Source: Salinispira sp. (lineage in GTDB: Bacteria > Spirochaetota > Spirochaetia > DSM-27196 > Salinispiraceae). Taken from it: a DNA stretch of 64,000 nucleotides. The position numbers and the translations under genes are program-made. The stretch is from positions 3,072,001 to 3,136,000 of the forward strand of contig OZ271918.1 of the NCBI GenBank assembly GCA_965602015.1. Reading direction: 5' to 3'. The notes under the pieces were generated by a model. That model ran no database searches. It was not told the origin of the DNA and saw only the letters and a list, made by a program, of their open reading frames with translations. Shown piece after piece: positions 29,035 through 39,300 of this stretch; position 1 is the first letter of the stretch, and each line of letters starts with the position of its first letter.

Positions 29035-30650
29035 CGCTGTCCCCCTGACTCCTTAACCTGATTGCTGAGAAACAGGGTCTCTTCGATTTTTCTCCCTACC
29101 TTCCCGCTTTTTATCGCCTCAAGCCCCATGGCATATCCCTCGGGGATGCTTCGAGCCAGCCCGTAAATGTACAGGGCAGCCCCGGCGTTGAGACAAACCG
29201 AATCGCGTATGGCATCGATGCCCTGACCGCCGATTATTTGGCGGGCCAGTTCGGCGTTTGTCCGGGCGTCCCCGCCCAATAGATCATCCACCACATGCTT
29301 TTTTATTCCGCAGCTCTCGAATGGATCGAACTCATACTCTTCGGTACTGCCGTCCTCCTTGAGCTCCACAATCAATGAAGTGTCGGTAACCGACAGCTCG
29401 TCCTCGCCGTCCCTGCCGTGAACCACCAGTCCCCGCTTCAGACCAAGCATTCCGGCGGCCTTGGCTATGACCGGCGCAAGGGCCGCATCGTATACCCCGA
29501 TGACCTGATATTCGGCTCCCGCAGGATTCGCCAGGGGTCCCAAGAGATTCATGATTGTTTTCACCTTGAGGGCCTTGCGGGCCGGAGCCGCATACCTCAT
29601 GGCCCCATGGTACAAGGGGGCAAACAGAAAAGCAAAGTCATTTTTCCGCAACAGTTTTTCGGTCTGTTCGGGGCTGATATCGATATCGATTCCCAGTTCA
29701 CGGTAGAAATCCGCGGAACCGCTCTTTGAGCTGACGGCCCGGTTACCGTGCTTTGCCACCACTGCGCCGCAGCTTGCGGCGACAATCGCCGCCATCGAAC
29801 TGATGTTGAATGTGCCAAGCCCGTCGCCCCCGGTTCCGCAGGTATCGAGCAGCGGCCTGTCGGAACTGATGGGAATGCGTTTTTTTTGCAGCACCCTGGC
29901 GCAACCGGCAATTTCATCGGGAACGATTCCCTTGGTGCTGATTGCCGTCAGGAAGCCGGCGATCTGAATATCGCTGAGGTTTCCTTCGGTCAGCTCGGTC
30001 ATAAACGCTTCAGCCTGGTCCGCGGACAAATCGGTTCCCCCGATTACCTGTTGAAGCACATCCTTCGCCACGAAGGGCTCCCGCCGATAATGGATGAAGT
30101 TTTTTAAAAGGCGCTTGCCGTCCTCCGAGGCGATTGATTCGGGATGAAACTGCACACCTTCGAGAATATACTCCCGGTGCCGTATTCCCATTATTTCACC
30201 GTCGGCTGTCCTGCTGGTAACCTCAAAGGCAGAATCGAGGGTGGATTCCTCGACAGCAAGAGAGTGGTATCTTGTGAAAGAAGAAGCTTTTGGAATGGAA
30301 CGGAATAGGCCTTTTCCATCGTGACTTACTTCTTCAGCCTTTCCGTGAACAATTCTCTGAGCCTGCACAATCCGAGCCCCGAACGCCTGGGCAATGGCCT
30401 GATGACCGAGGCATACGCCCAATATGGGTATCTTACCGGTGAAACGGCGAATAACCTCGAGACTAATACCGGCATCCTCCGGCCGTCCTGGTCCCGGACT
30501 GATGACGATATAACGGGGTGCAAGTTGTTCTATCCCCGCAATGTCAATTTCGTCGTGCCGGACAACACAAACTTCACTGTCTGTTATTTCTCGGAAATAC
30601 TGGTACAGGTTATGGGTAAACGAATCGTAATTATCTATAAGCAATATCAT
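29031..30650 (-). CDS. trpGD: Bifunctional anthranilate synthase component II / anthranilate phosphoribosyltransferase
   Basis: TrpG motifs [15 protein letters not shown] and QFHPES. TrpD motifs [24 protein letters not shown] and NAGAAL. Confidence 0.96.
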   Translation of the reverse strand: MILLIDNYDSFTHNLYQYFREITDSEVCVVRHDEIDIAGIEQLAPRYIVISPGPGRPEDAGISLEVIRRFTGKIPILGVCLGHQAIAQAFGARIVQAQRIVHGKAEEVSHDGKGLFRSIPKASSFTRYHSLAVEESTLDSAFEVTSRTADGEIMGIRHREYILEGVQFHPESIASEDGKRLLKNFIHYRREPFVAKDVLQQVIGGTDLSADQAEAFMTELTEGNLSDIQIAGFLTAISTKGIVPDEIAGCARVLQKKRIPISSDRPLLDTCGTGGDGLGTFNISSMAAIVAASCGAVVAKHGNRAVSSKSGSADFYRELGIDIDISPEQTEKLLRKNDFAFLFAPLYHGAMRYAAPARKALKVKTIMNLLGPLANPAGAEYQVIGVYDAALAPVIAKAAGMLGLKRGLVVHGRDGEDELSVTDTSLIVELKEDGSTEEYEFDPFESCGIKKHVVDDLLGGDARTNAELARQIIGGQGIDAIRDSVCLNAGAALYIYGLARSIPEGYAMGLEAIKSGKVGRKIEETLFLSNQVKESGGQR

Positions 30651-30651
30651 C

Positions 30652-32067
30652 TTACTCTCCCGTTCCGATGGCCCTTAACAGGGCGGACATTTTTTCATTG
30701 GTTTCTTCAAGTTCCCGCTCGGGTGTACTGTCGTAGACAATACCGCCGCCGGCCTGCAGGTTTAAGATGCCGTCGCGGTACAGGGCGGAGCGAATAGCTA
30801 TGCAGCTGTCCAGGTCGCCCCCCGGTTCAACATATCCGACAATTCCCGAGTAGAATCGGCGCTGCACGGGTTCCAGCCGGTCAATTGTTTTGATGGCCTG
30901 AATCTTTGGCGCACCGCTGACGGTTCCGGCGGGGAAGGTGGCCCGCAAAGCGTCGAGGCCGGACTTTCCGCTCTCTAAATCTCCTTCAACCTGACTTACG
31001 ATATGCATAACCCTCGAATAGCGCTCTATTACCATCAACTCGGAAACCTCAACGGATCCGGGCTTGCACACTCTACCGAGGTCATTTCTGCCAAGATCAA
31101 CAAGCATAAGATGCTCTGCCCTTTCCTTCTCATCGGACAGAAGTTCCCGCTCCAGCGCCTTATCCTCTGCCGCATCTGAGCCCCGGCGACGGGTTCCTGC
31201 AATGGGGCGTACAACGGCGCGGCCTTCTTTCACCTTGACATGGACTTCAGGGCTCGCACCGAAGAGCTGATACTCACCAAAATCGAGAAAAAACAGGTAA
31301 GGGGAGGGATTGGCGCTTCGCAGAGCCCGATATGCCTCGATGGCAGGCATTGATGTCTTGAATCGCCGGCGCCTGCTTGGCACTGCCTGCAGCAGATTAC
31401 CGGCGACAACCTCCTTCCTTACCGCTTCTACCATGTCGAGGTATTTCTGCTCATGTGAGGGATCACTCACCTCTTCCGCACGGTAATCCCGTTTTTCATC
31501 CTGAAGATAGTTGAAATTTAGATCATGTATCCTCTCCTCCATGCGATGAATCGCAGATTCGAGGTCGATGCTTTTTTCCTTGTAATTAAGAGCAATGAGA
31601 TACAACTGATCGGTATAGTGATCGAATACCACAAAGCTGTGTCCGAACATAAACGCTGCATCGGGAAGGTCCAGTTCATCGGGCTTGTCGAGTAAGTCTA
31701 TGGTATCGCAGAATCTGCTGAACTCGAAGCTGCAAAAACCCAAACCTCCCGCAGGGAAGGGAAAGTCCTGATGCATTGAGTTATGCTGATCCGAAAAATA
31801 CCTCAACACATCGAGAATGTCCCGAGCACGGCTTTTCACCCTCTTTTCAGGGGTTCTTCCTTCGGCGGCCGGAAAGCTTATGAACACTTCTGCTCCCCTT
31901 TGGACCACAGTGAATGCCTCATCGATCATCAAAAGGGAGTAACGTTCCCGTCCCTTTTGGTAACTGGATGATTCGAGAATAACCCGAGCACCGAGCTTCC
32001 GCGCAAGGGATAGGGGCGTGTATTTATCGCCCGATACAATTTTGACCAACTGGTTCTTCATTACCAT
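30652..32067 (-). CDS. trpE: Anthranilate synthase component I
   Basis: [34 protein letters not shown] and [11 protein letters not shown]. Confidence 0.96.
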   Translation of the reverse strand: MVMKNQLVKIVSGDKYTPLSLARKLGARVILESSSYQKGRERYSLLMIDEAFTVVQRGAEVFISFPAAEGRTPEKRVKSRARDILDVLRYFSDQHNSMHQDFPFPAGGLGFCSFEFSRFCDTIDLLDKPDELDLPDAAFMFGHSFVVFDHYTDQLYLIALNYKEKSIDLESAIHRMEERIHDLNFNYLQDEKRDYRAEEVSDPSHEQKYLDMVEAVRKEVVAGNLLQAVPSRRRRFKTSMPAIEAYRALRSANPSPYLFFLDFGEYQLFGASPEVHVKVKEGRAVVRPIAGTRRRGSDAAEDKALERELLSDEKERAEHLMLVDLGRNDLGRVCKPGSVEVSELMVIERYSRVMHIVSQVEGDLESGKSGLDALRATFPAGTVSGAPKIQAIKTIDRLEPVQRRFYSGIVGYVEPGGDLDSCIAIRSALYRDGILNLQAGGGIVYDSTPERELEETNEKMSALLRAIGTGE

Positions 32068-32108
32068 CCTCCCTGTTGCCCCCGGCTCGTTGTAAAACCC
32101 CAGCGGCC

Positions 32109-32143
32109 AAAAAAAAAGCCGGTCATCTCGAGGATGATCGGCT
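32109..32143 (-). terminator. trp attenuator terminator
   Basis: Minus strand reads AGCCGATCATC-ctcga-GATGACCGGC followed by T9, about 40 nt upstream of trpE. Confidence 0.85.
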
Positions 32144-32202
32144 AAATTAATCCGGCATCCCTGGGGTTCTTACCAGGGTGCCATACGTGTGCGGTCCCCG
32201 GA

Positions 32203-32268
32203 TTAGTTACCGAGCCACCACCACGATGAGTTTTCAACAAATGTCTGACCTGAATATTTATGTAGCAT
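32203..32268 (-). CDS. trpL: trp operon leader peptide MLHKYSGQTFVENSSWWWLGN (21 aa)
   Basis: ATG...TGG TGG TGG CTC GGT AAC TAA, read directly. It precedes the attenuator hairpins and trpE and is absent from the ORF track. Confidence 0.88.
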   Translation of the reverse strand: MLHKYSGQTFVENSSWWWLGN

Positions 32269-32275
32269 CGACGCA

Positions 32276-32304
32276 AGAATATCAAAAGGCGTAAGGGAGG
32301 TCAA
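32276..32304 (-). promoter_or_regulatory. trp operon promoter
   Basis: TTGACC (32304-32299), 17 bp, TATTCT (32281-32276). Confidence 0.7.
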
Positions 32305-32305
32305 G

Positions 32306-32343
32306 AAAAAAAAGCGAAACGATTAAGAAACCGTTTCGCTTTT
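32306..32343 (-). terminator. Terminator downstream of ssb
   Basis: AAAAGCGAAACG...CGTTTCGCTTTT inverted repeat, with a U-run on the minus strand. Confidence 0.75.
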
Positions 32344-32390
32344 GCTAAGGGCTTTACCAGCCGGCACTTTGACGGACCGGCTGCAATGGA

Positions 32391-32810
32391 TCATAGGAGT
32401 GCGGGTTCGTTTTCCGCCCCTTCGAGGGCATACTCAACACCTTCCTCGATTTCTTCATCAGCTCCCTCATCGCCGCGCTTGATTCTCGGTTTGAATACGA
32501 TGTGTTCGGCGACGATTTTGACCCGGCTTCTGTTTTGTCCCTCATCATTCTGCCAGCGGTCCTGCTTGAGTCGTCCTATGACCCGAACCCCTCGGCCCTT
32601 TGTCAGGTTGTTGGCGCAGGCCTCCCCCAACTTCGACCAGCTTTCGATATCAAAGAAGCTCACTTCCTGAACCTTCTCTTCTTCGACCTCATAATACCGG
32701 TTACTGGCGAGCCCGAAATTACAGACCTTCGTACCCTTGCTTGTGGTTCTTACTTCCGGATCCCTGGTGAGATTACCGTCGATCAGAACTGAATTCAGCA
32801 TATTGCTCAT
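32391..32810 (-). CDS. ssb: Single-stranded DNA-binding protein
   Basis: NSVLIDGNLTRDPE, KGRGVRVIGRLKQDRW and an acidic tail. Confidence 0.93.
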   Translation of the reverse strand: MSNMLNSVLIDGNLTRDPEVRTTSKGTKVCNFGLASNRYYEVEEEKVQEVSFFDIESWSKLGEACANNLTKGRGVRVIGRLKQDRWQNDEGQNRSRVKIVAEHIVFKPRIKRGDEGADEEIEEGVEYALEGAENEPALL

Positions 32811-32882
32811 ACAACACCTCCGTCGTGCGATTCACAGTAATAACCGGAATGACGGCGCTGGTGCTTCGATTACGGCAAAAGC

Positions 32883-33584
32883 TTATTTCAAAAATGCGAT
32901 ATATACCTGTCCACTGTGAAAGTGATAACCGGCTACATGAAAGCCCTCTTCAAGACGCTCATTTATCCCGATGACGAAACTATTGCCGTCATTGGGATAT
33001 GCCTCGATTCGGTAACTGCCCTCAATTCCCGCGTGACTGCTGCGGTGGGGGGTTGTGAAGCCGATCATCAGCTTATCCTGAAAGCGGGAGAGTCCAAAGG
33101 GTATGTATCCCTCTGACGCCGACTCGCTTACCATACGGGTGATATTTCCCTGCCTTTCAGCATCGGTGGAGCCATCAACCGAAGACATTCTCCAGCCTCT
33201 CATATCGGCAGCGGTCTGCATAAACAGCGCAAACATCCCATCGTTAAAAAAAGCCACATCAGACGGAGCCCAGCCTTCCTGCAGGAAGAGGGCAAAATCT
33301 GCGCTGAGATTGGTAATGTCAGAAAAATAGTGAAGGTAAAAGCTGGTGGATGAACTAAAAATACGCTCGAACAACACCGATAGGTCGCGATTCGCCAAAA
33401 CCTCGATGCCGACGGGGTAATACCCGTCTTTAATCATGTCTGCCATCCCCTCGGAGATTGAATCCTGATCAAGGAGGGAATAGTTTACCACCTTCCACTC
33501 GGTTTCCCCTTCCTGGGCCATCAGAACCGAAGAAAATGCGAAGAGTAATGCGACAAGCAGTAATAATGTCAGTAGTTTTTTCAT
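32883..33584 (-). CDS. Hypothetical exported protein with repeated EG(Y/W/F)-like units
   Basis: Signal peptide, then DGYYP, EGWAP, EGYIP and EGFHV. Confidence 0.7.
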   Translation of the reverse strand: MKKLLTLLLLVALLFAFSSVLMAQEGETEWKVVNYSLLDQDSISEGMADMIKDGYYPVGIEVLANRDLSVLFERIFSSSTSFYLHYFSDITNLSADFALFLQEGWAPSDVAFFNDGMFALFMQTAADMRGWRMSSVDGSTDAERQGNITRMVSESASEGYIPFGLSRFQDKLMIGFTTPHRSSHAGIEGSYRIEAYPNDGNSFVIGINERLEEGFHVAGYHFHSGQVYIAFLK

Positions 33585-33652
33585 AGAACCTTCCGTTTTA
33601 CCGGGGACTTTACCTCATCTAGGTAGTTTTTTCAAACATCTGGAGAATGCAG

Positions 33653-33686
33653 AAAAAATAAAAAAGGCGGCCTCCAAGAGGCCGCC
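33653..33686 (-). terminator. Terminator of the outer-membrane protein gene
   Basis: GGCGGCCTC-caa-GAGGCCGCC with a U-rich tail on the minus strand. Confidence 0.8.
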
Positions 33687-33709
33687 CAGATTTACAATCC
33701 GAATGGGGA

Positions 33710-34825
33710 TTAGTAGGAAATCGTTGCAGAGAAGTTGATTTCTCCGCTGATGTTTTCGAGATCAGCATTGGTGTAGTTAACATCGAGGTCAACATTTTCG
33801 ATTACAGCAATACCGGCACCAACTTTCAGACCAGTTGCAACTTCATAGTAGTCGAAGTGTACATAGGGAGTAAGGGGTGCAACATCAAGACCGAGCTCTG
33901 CGGAGATTCCGAGGTCGGAAAGGTCAGCAAACTCAACGTTTACAACGAGGGTGAGCATCTCAACCAGACCGCTTGCATCAAGTTTAACTTCCAGGTCGCT
34001 GGCAGTGGTATCAGTACCGAACTCAACGTCAGCAGCAAGACCGGCTACAGTGAGTCCGAGAGCGGCAGCTACTTCCAGATCGCCGGCATCATTGGCATCT
34101 ACGCCAACGCTTACAGTGGCAAGATCAGTTACTGTGTAACCTACTTTACCGCCGAAACCGAGGGTACCGGATGCATCGTAAACAACACCGGCATCAACGG
34201 TGAGACCGTCAACGGGAGCGAGGCCAACAACAAGACCGAAGTCGAAGCCATTTCCGGCAGCAGCATCATCATCAGCTACGTGAACACGAACATCAAACAT
34301 TTCTGTATCGTATACAAGGCTAACCTGACCGGTAGGAGCAGTGTCGCTGTTAACGTCTGCAGAGGTTTCTGCAAGTGCAGGATCAGCTGCGATAACGCGC
34401 TGGTTGTCGAATCCGGGGCCGTCAGCAAAATCGATGGAGTTTCCAACAGTTGTGATGTCGAGAACAAGAGTGGGTCCCATCAGGTAGATTTCTGCATCTA
34501 CCGCGAGAGAATCAGCATCGCCATTGGTTCGCACAACACCGGTACCGGTTCCTTCATCGATAGCACCAATTTCGAGTGCAATGCCAGAAATGGTGATGTG
34601 ACCTACTACATCGCCTTCGCCTTCTTCTACAGAAGTGGAAGCAATGAGAGAAACGGTCAGATCAGCACTTGCAGCATTAACAATGTTGAGAGTGCTTGCA
34701 TCCAGATCATAGGTGAAGGTTACAGACGCCTCACCGGATACGGTTGCGCTGGGAGTTACGTCTACAGCGAAGATAGATACGCTGAGGACGAGGAGCGCAG
34801 CAATTACGAGGTTGAACTTCTTCAT
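33710..34825 (-). CDS. Probable abundant outer-membrane beta-barrel / major outer sheath-like protein
   Basis: Signal peptide, alternating beta-strand pattern, C-terminal FSATISY, RBS AAGGAGG, biased codon use, and its own promoter and terminator. Confidence 0.75.
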   Translation of the reverse strand: MKKFNLVIAALLVLSVSIFAVDVTPSATVSGEASVTFTYDLDASTLNIVNAASADLTVSLIASTSVEEGEGDVVGHITISGIALEIGAIDEGTGTGVVRTNGDADSLAVDAEIYLMGPTLVLDITTVGNSIDFADGPGFDNQRVIAADPALAETSADVNSDTAPTGQVSLVYDTEMFDVRVHVADDDAAAGNGFDFGLVVGLAPVDGLTVDAGVVYDASGTLGFGGKVGYTVTDLATVSVGVDANDAGDLEVAAALGLTVAGLAADVEFGTDTTASDLEVKLDASGLVEMLTLVVNVEFADLSDLGISAELGLDVAPLTPYVHFDYYEVATGLKVGAGIAVIENVDLDVNYTNADLENISGEINFSATISY

Positions 34826-34905
34826 TTAAGTTCCTCCTTGAAGGTACAGGGGACCGTTTTCAACGAAAACAGTGGTTATCCCCTTATTCTTAGGATTTCT
34901 GAGTC

Positions 34906-34935
34906 AGTATAGCAACCTGCTTCAAAAGGTGTCAA
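34906..34935 (-). promoter_or_regulatory. Strong sigma70-type promoter of the OMP gene
   Basis: TTGACA, 18 bp, extended -10 TGcTATACT. Confidence 0.7.
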
Positions 34936-35167
34936 GTTTTTTCAAATGGCGTTCAATAGCCGAAGGGCCGTTTTGAGCTCTTTTTTGAATGAAATTCAGT
35001 TATTTTCCGCCTATTTGCTCAAGCGGGACTAGGACGGTGGGGAAAACATTTGTCAATAATCGTTCAATATATTAAACAATTCTTGACCGGTGTATTCTCC
35101 GGGCGTAAAATACAAGATAGTTTCAGTGTTTTTACGACCACTGGACCCCATGCAAGGAGGACGCGCC

Positions 35168-36262
35168 ATGGCCGCTGGATTCACCCTTTCACTTTATCCC
35201 TGGACATACAATGCCCAGTACAAGACGGACGGCAACTGGAAAGAGGACTACGTAGAAAAACCTCATAAGACTGTCGATGAAGAAGCTTCGCTCGGGGCAG
35301 CAGAGCGTCAAAATATTATGACGGCGCGCAACAGTTTTCCCGAACTGCCGATGATTAACTACACAAGCCAGTACGGCATGGGTTGTTTTGAAGGCCTCAA
35401 GGCATTTCCCCAGAAAGACGGCAGCCTCAAACTCTTCCGCCCCGACCTCAATGCACAACGCTTCAAGGAGTCGATGGAGGGGCTCAAAATGCCCGGCTTC
35501 CCTGAAGATATGTTCTTTGACGCAGTAAAATCCGTCGTCAAGCGCAATGCGGACCTTGGTTTTCGACCTCAGTACGACAAAGCGTGGGAAGCTGACAACT
35601 TCCTGCACGCCACCTCGGTGTATCTGCGGCCTTTCAGCTGGACCGAAGGGGGAATCGGGCTGAACCTGAGTTCCAACCCTTACGTAGTCATCGTAACCAC
35701 ACCGGTGGGTTCCTACTTTGATCCCGACGCTTCCAGCAAGGCTATCACCACTGACTCGGTGCGCGCAACTGACAACGGAACGGGCTGGATTAAATGCAAC
35801 GCCAACTACGTTATCCCCACACTCGCCAAAAAGCAGGCCATCGCCGAGGGCTACATGGAAGCGATCTTCCTTGATTACAAGGAACAGAAGTTCATAGAAG
35901 AGGGTTCCAGCTGTAATATTTTCTTTCTGCTTAAAAACGGCAGCCTGGCAACTCCCGCCCTGGAACGACGGGTGCTCAACGGCGTCAACCGCAGAAGCGT
36001 TATGCAGCTCGCCGAAGACAAAGGAGTGCGGGTGGAAGAACGGAGAATCAGCATCGACGAGGCCATGAGCGAGGGAACCGAGTGCTTCGTCACCGGTACC
36101 GCCGCAGGCGTCAGCTACATCGAGTCGGTGACCCACAAGGGCAAAACCGCAGAGTTCAACGGAGGCAAGATGGGCGAGTTTACCCGAGACATGCTTCATA
36201 CCCTCAAAGGAATTCAGTACGGCGCAGAGGAAGACACTCACGGCTGGATGTTTGGGATCTAG
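35168..36262 (+). CDS. ilvE: Branched-chain amino acid aminotransferase (class IV)
   Basis: YGMGCFEGLKA, LFRPDLNAQR, YLRPF, KCNANY, EEGSSCN and TGTAA. RBS AGGAGG precedes ATG 35168. Confidence 0.93.
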   Translation: MAAGFTLSLYPWTYNAQYKTDGNWKEDYVEKPHKTVDEEASLGAAERQNIMTARNSFPELPMINYTSQYGMGCFEGLKAFPQKDGSLKLFRPDLNAQRFKESMEGLKMPGFPEDMFFDAVKSVVKRNADLGFRPQYDKAWEADNFLHATSVYLRPFSWTEGGIGLNLSSNPYVVIVTTPVGSYFDPDASSKAITTDSVRATDNGTGWIKCNANYVIPTLAKKQAIAEGYMEAIFLDYKEQKFIEEGSSCNIFFLLKNGSLATPALERRVLNGVNRRSVMQLAEDKGVRVEERRISIDEAMSEGTECFVTGTAAGVSYIESVTHKGKTAEFNGGKMGEFTRDMLHTLKGIQYGAEEDTHGWMFGI

Positions 36263-36338
36263 TTTTCGCTGTTCTCCCATGTGTCAGGGCGCGAAAAAAC
36301 CGCAATTCTGACAAGAGGAAACGACAATTGCTAATACG

Positions 36339-36365
36339 AGCCGGCCTTTTGGCCGGCTTTTTTTT
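36339..36365 (+). terminator. Rho-independent terminator
   Basis: AGCCGGCC-tttt-GGCCGGCT followed by a T-run. Confidence 0.85.
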
Positions 36366-36367
36366 GC

Positions 36368-39300
36368 TTAGAAGGTCGGCGCCTGGAGATCCTTTCTGAT
36401 GTCGGGGTCGATCTGGACCGCGTCATCGAACTCCGGCGCGAGAATATATGTGAGATTCAGGAAGGCCAGCGGCCGGGCATCGGCCCGAACCGCGGTTTCC
36501 ACATCGCGATTCAGGTTCTCCGAGAGTTCGGCAGACCGGCTAAGGAAGAGCTGGCTTTGGGCCAGGAGATCCTCTGCATTCTGTCCGCCCTGGCGGTACA
36601 ATCGGTAGAGGGTCACGCCGAGATTGTTGTTGGCCCGGACCTGGAAATCTATCAGTGCGCGGTGGCGCTGATCCTCCTCAAGAAGGAAGGTTGATATGCT
36701 CCGTCGTTCTGCGGTGAGTTCTTCCAGGAGAATGCGATAGAGGCTTGCCGCATCAAAGTAATTCTGTCGCATGAACTGGGTGTTCGCCCGGGCGTACAGC
36801 AGGTTGATATTCGCGGTGGGTATGGACCCTTGTGCGGTATTAAACTCCCTGATCGCCTGGTCGAGAAGGGCCTGTTGCCGCATAAGATCCCGTTGATCGG
36901 CCAACTCTACTCTTGCGCCTTCGAGCCGCAGATCAAGATTGTTCGCCCGGTGAAGAGCAATAAATCCGAGCTTGTATGCCAGATCCTGCCGTTCCCGGAA
37001 GAGTTCCGGGTGGGTGTCCGGCCGGCCGTAGTCATTTTCCCTGGCCTGGGTGAAGTACTGGTAGGCCGCATCATAGTTGCTCGCTTCGTAGTAGTAAATA
37101 TCACCCAGAAGGGCGTACGCCCTTCCGAACATCGGCGATGCTTCAACCTTGCGGGCCTCCAGAGCCCTTTCGTATTCCTGCACCGCAGTGCGCAGCCGGG
37201 TTTCGGCGCTGAGGACTTCTTCGAGGCGATACAGGTTTTCCGCCTCCCGAATATACGTATCTACCTTCCGGGCAGTCTCGAAGCGGTCAAGAGGCCGCTG
37301 CAGCTCCAGTTCCTCGAAGAGCTCCCGGGCATTTCGGAGGGCGGTAATTTCATCCTGCAGATCGCCGGTCAGCCGGGAATACCTGGCGCGATAATAGTGG
37401 ACTTCCGGAATAGTATCGTCCAGCTCCATGGCCCGATTAATCACCCGGAGGGCATCCTCCTGAAGGGACGCGACGGTTTCATCGCCCCGCAAACCGGCGA
37501 CGAACTGATTTATCAGTTCCTCGCCTCCGCCGGGACCGACGCCGCCTATGCCTTCTTCGCTCAAATCAAGCAGGAATCCTCCGAGCTCGGTCATCCCCCG
37601 GGGATCAAGTTGTGCCCTCTCATCGGTGAGGAATAAATCTTTCAGATTTAAGGCGTCTTCGATATTACGGGTGTTGATAAAATAGCGCAGCATCCTGAAC
37701 AGAAGCTCATCGGACTGGCCGTTGCGGTCGATCAGGCTTGCGTACTCATATCTGGCGGACTCAAAGTACTCAGCGCGCTGATCCTCATCTCTGGTAAGAA
37801 TGCCCCACTCAAGGTACGCGTCACCCTGAGTGATGCGGGCATCGTAATCCCAGGGATCTTCCCTCAGCAGACGACGGAGATATTCAATGGCCGTTGGATA
37901 GTCCCGAAGATCGTAAATCGCGAAATCCGCGTATCGAAGAATTCCCTCCCGGTTGAGCGGGTCAATATCGTCGGACAAGAGGGTTTCGTACTTTTCCCGG
38001 GCAAGGGCAAACTGCCGCTGATCAGAAAATGCTTCGGCATACTCCAGAAAGCGGGAGTTGACCGGCCAGATTTCATATGCCTGCTCAAACAGCCTGTTGG
38101 CCTGCTGGTATTCCTGGAGTTCGATATTTTCCAGACCCTGCTCATACAGGTTCCGGGCGAAAAGCGGCTGGTATATAAATCGGTATCCGAGAAACAGCAT
38201 GGCCGCCAGCATGCCGGTTGCGGCCAGCACCAAGCGGAGCACCGGCCAAATGGTTTGGCTGAACTGGTAGGCAAAGCTCTTGCGTTCCTGCTCAAAATGT
38301 TCCCCGGTGCGTTTTTCATAACCCCGGGGTATTTCTATTTTTTTGCCGGAAATCTTACTGACGATTTTCGCGATATCCCGAGGGGGTTGCCGCTGGTACA
38401 ATGCCTCGATGAGGGGAAGGATTTCCTCAAAATCGTATTTCCCCCCGGCGATGATTTCCGAGGCTGCGATTTTTAAATTGAGAGGCAGATACGCGAGAGT
38501 ACTCTTGAGGTCGGAGAACTGATCATCGGTGATGGCGAAATCCGCGGCCTGGTCTTCTGCGGCGGCCTCTTCAAGCGCCTCTTCGACCATCGCCTCGGCT
38601 TCCGGAGACGCGGGTTCTTCTTCAGCGAAGTCTTCGGCGGCTTCGTCTTCCATGATCCCGAATTCCGCACCGAAATCTCCCATGGAAAACTCATCGCCAA
38701 AATCCGAACTGTCGAAATCCGAATCGAAGTCTCCAAAATCCTCGAGACCGCCTCCGGCCTCATCCGAAAAATCCGCTGACTCAAAATCCCCGGAATCAGC
38801 AAGACCATCTGTTGGGGCGGTTTCTGCAAATCCCTCAGCATCGAATGCCTCGTCGTCGCCCGGAGCGTCAAAATCTCCGAAATCACTGTCGGGCGACTCG
38901 TCGCTGAATTCGATGCCCTGATCAAAATCCGTATCGAAGGACGGCTCACTGAGATCTTCCGAAAGATCTCCGTCTAGGCTGTCGCCCAGTTCATCGGCGT
39001 CATCTATTGATTCAAAATCATCCAGGCCGTCACCGAGATCATCTGACAGATCACCGCCGAGATCGTCGCCGAGGCTGTCGCCCAGTTCATCGCCGCCGTC
39101 TATTGATTCAAAATCATCCAGGCCGTCACCGAGATCATCTGACAGATCGCCGCCGAGATCGTCGCCGAGGCTGTTGCCCAGTTCATCGCCGCCGTCAATA
39201 GTTTCAAAATCATCCAGGCCGTCACCGAGATCATCTGACAGATCACCGTCGAGATCGTCGCCGAGGCTGTCGCCCAGTTCATCGGCGTCATCTATTGATT

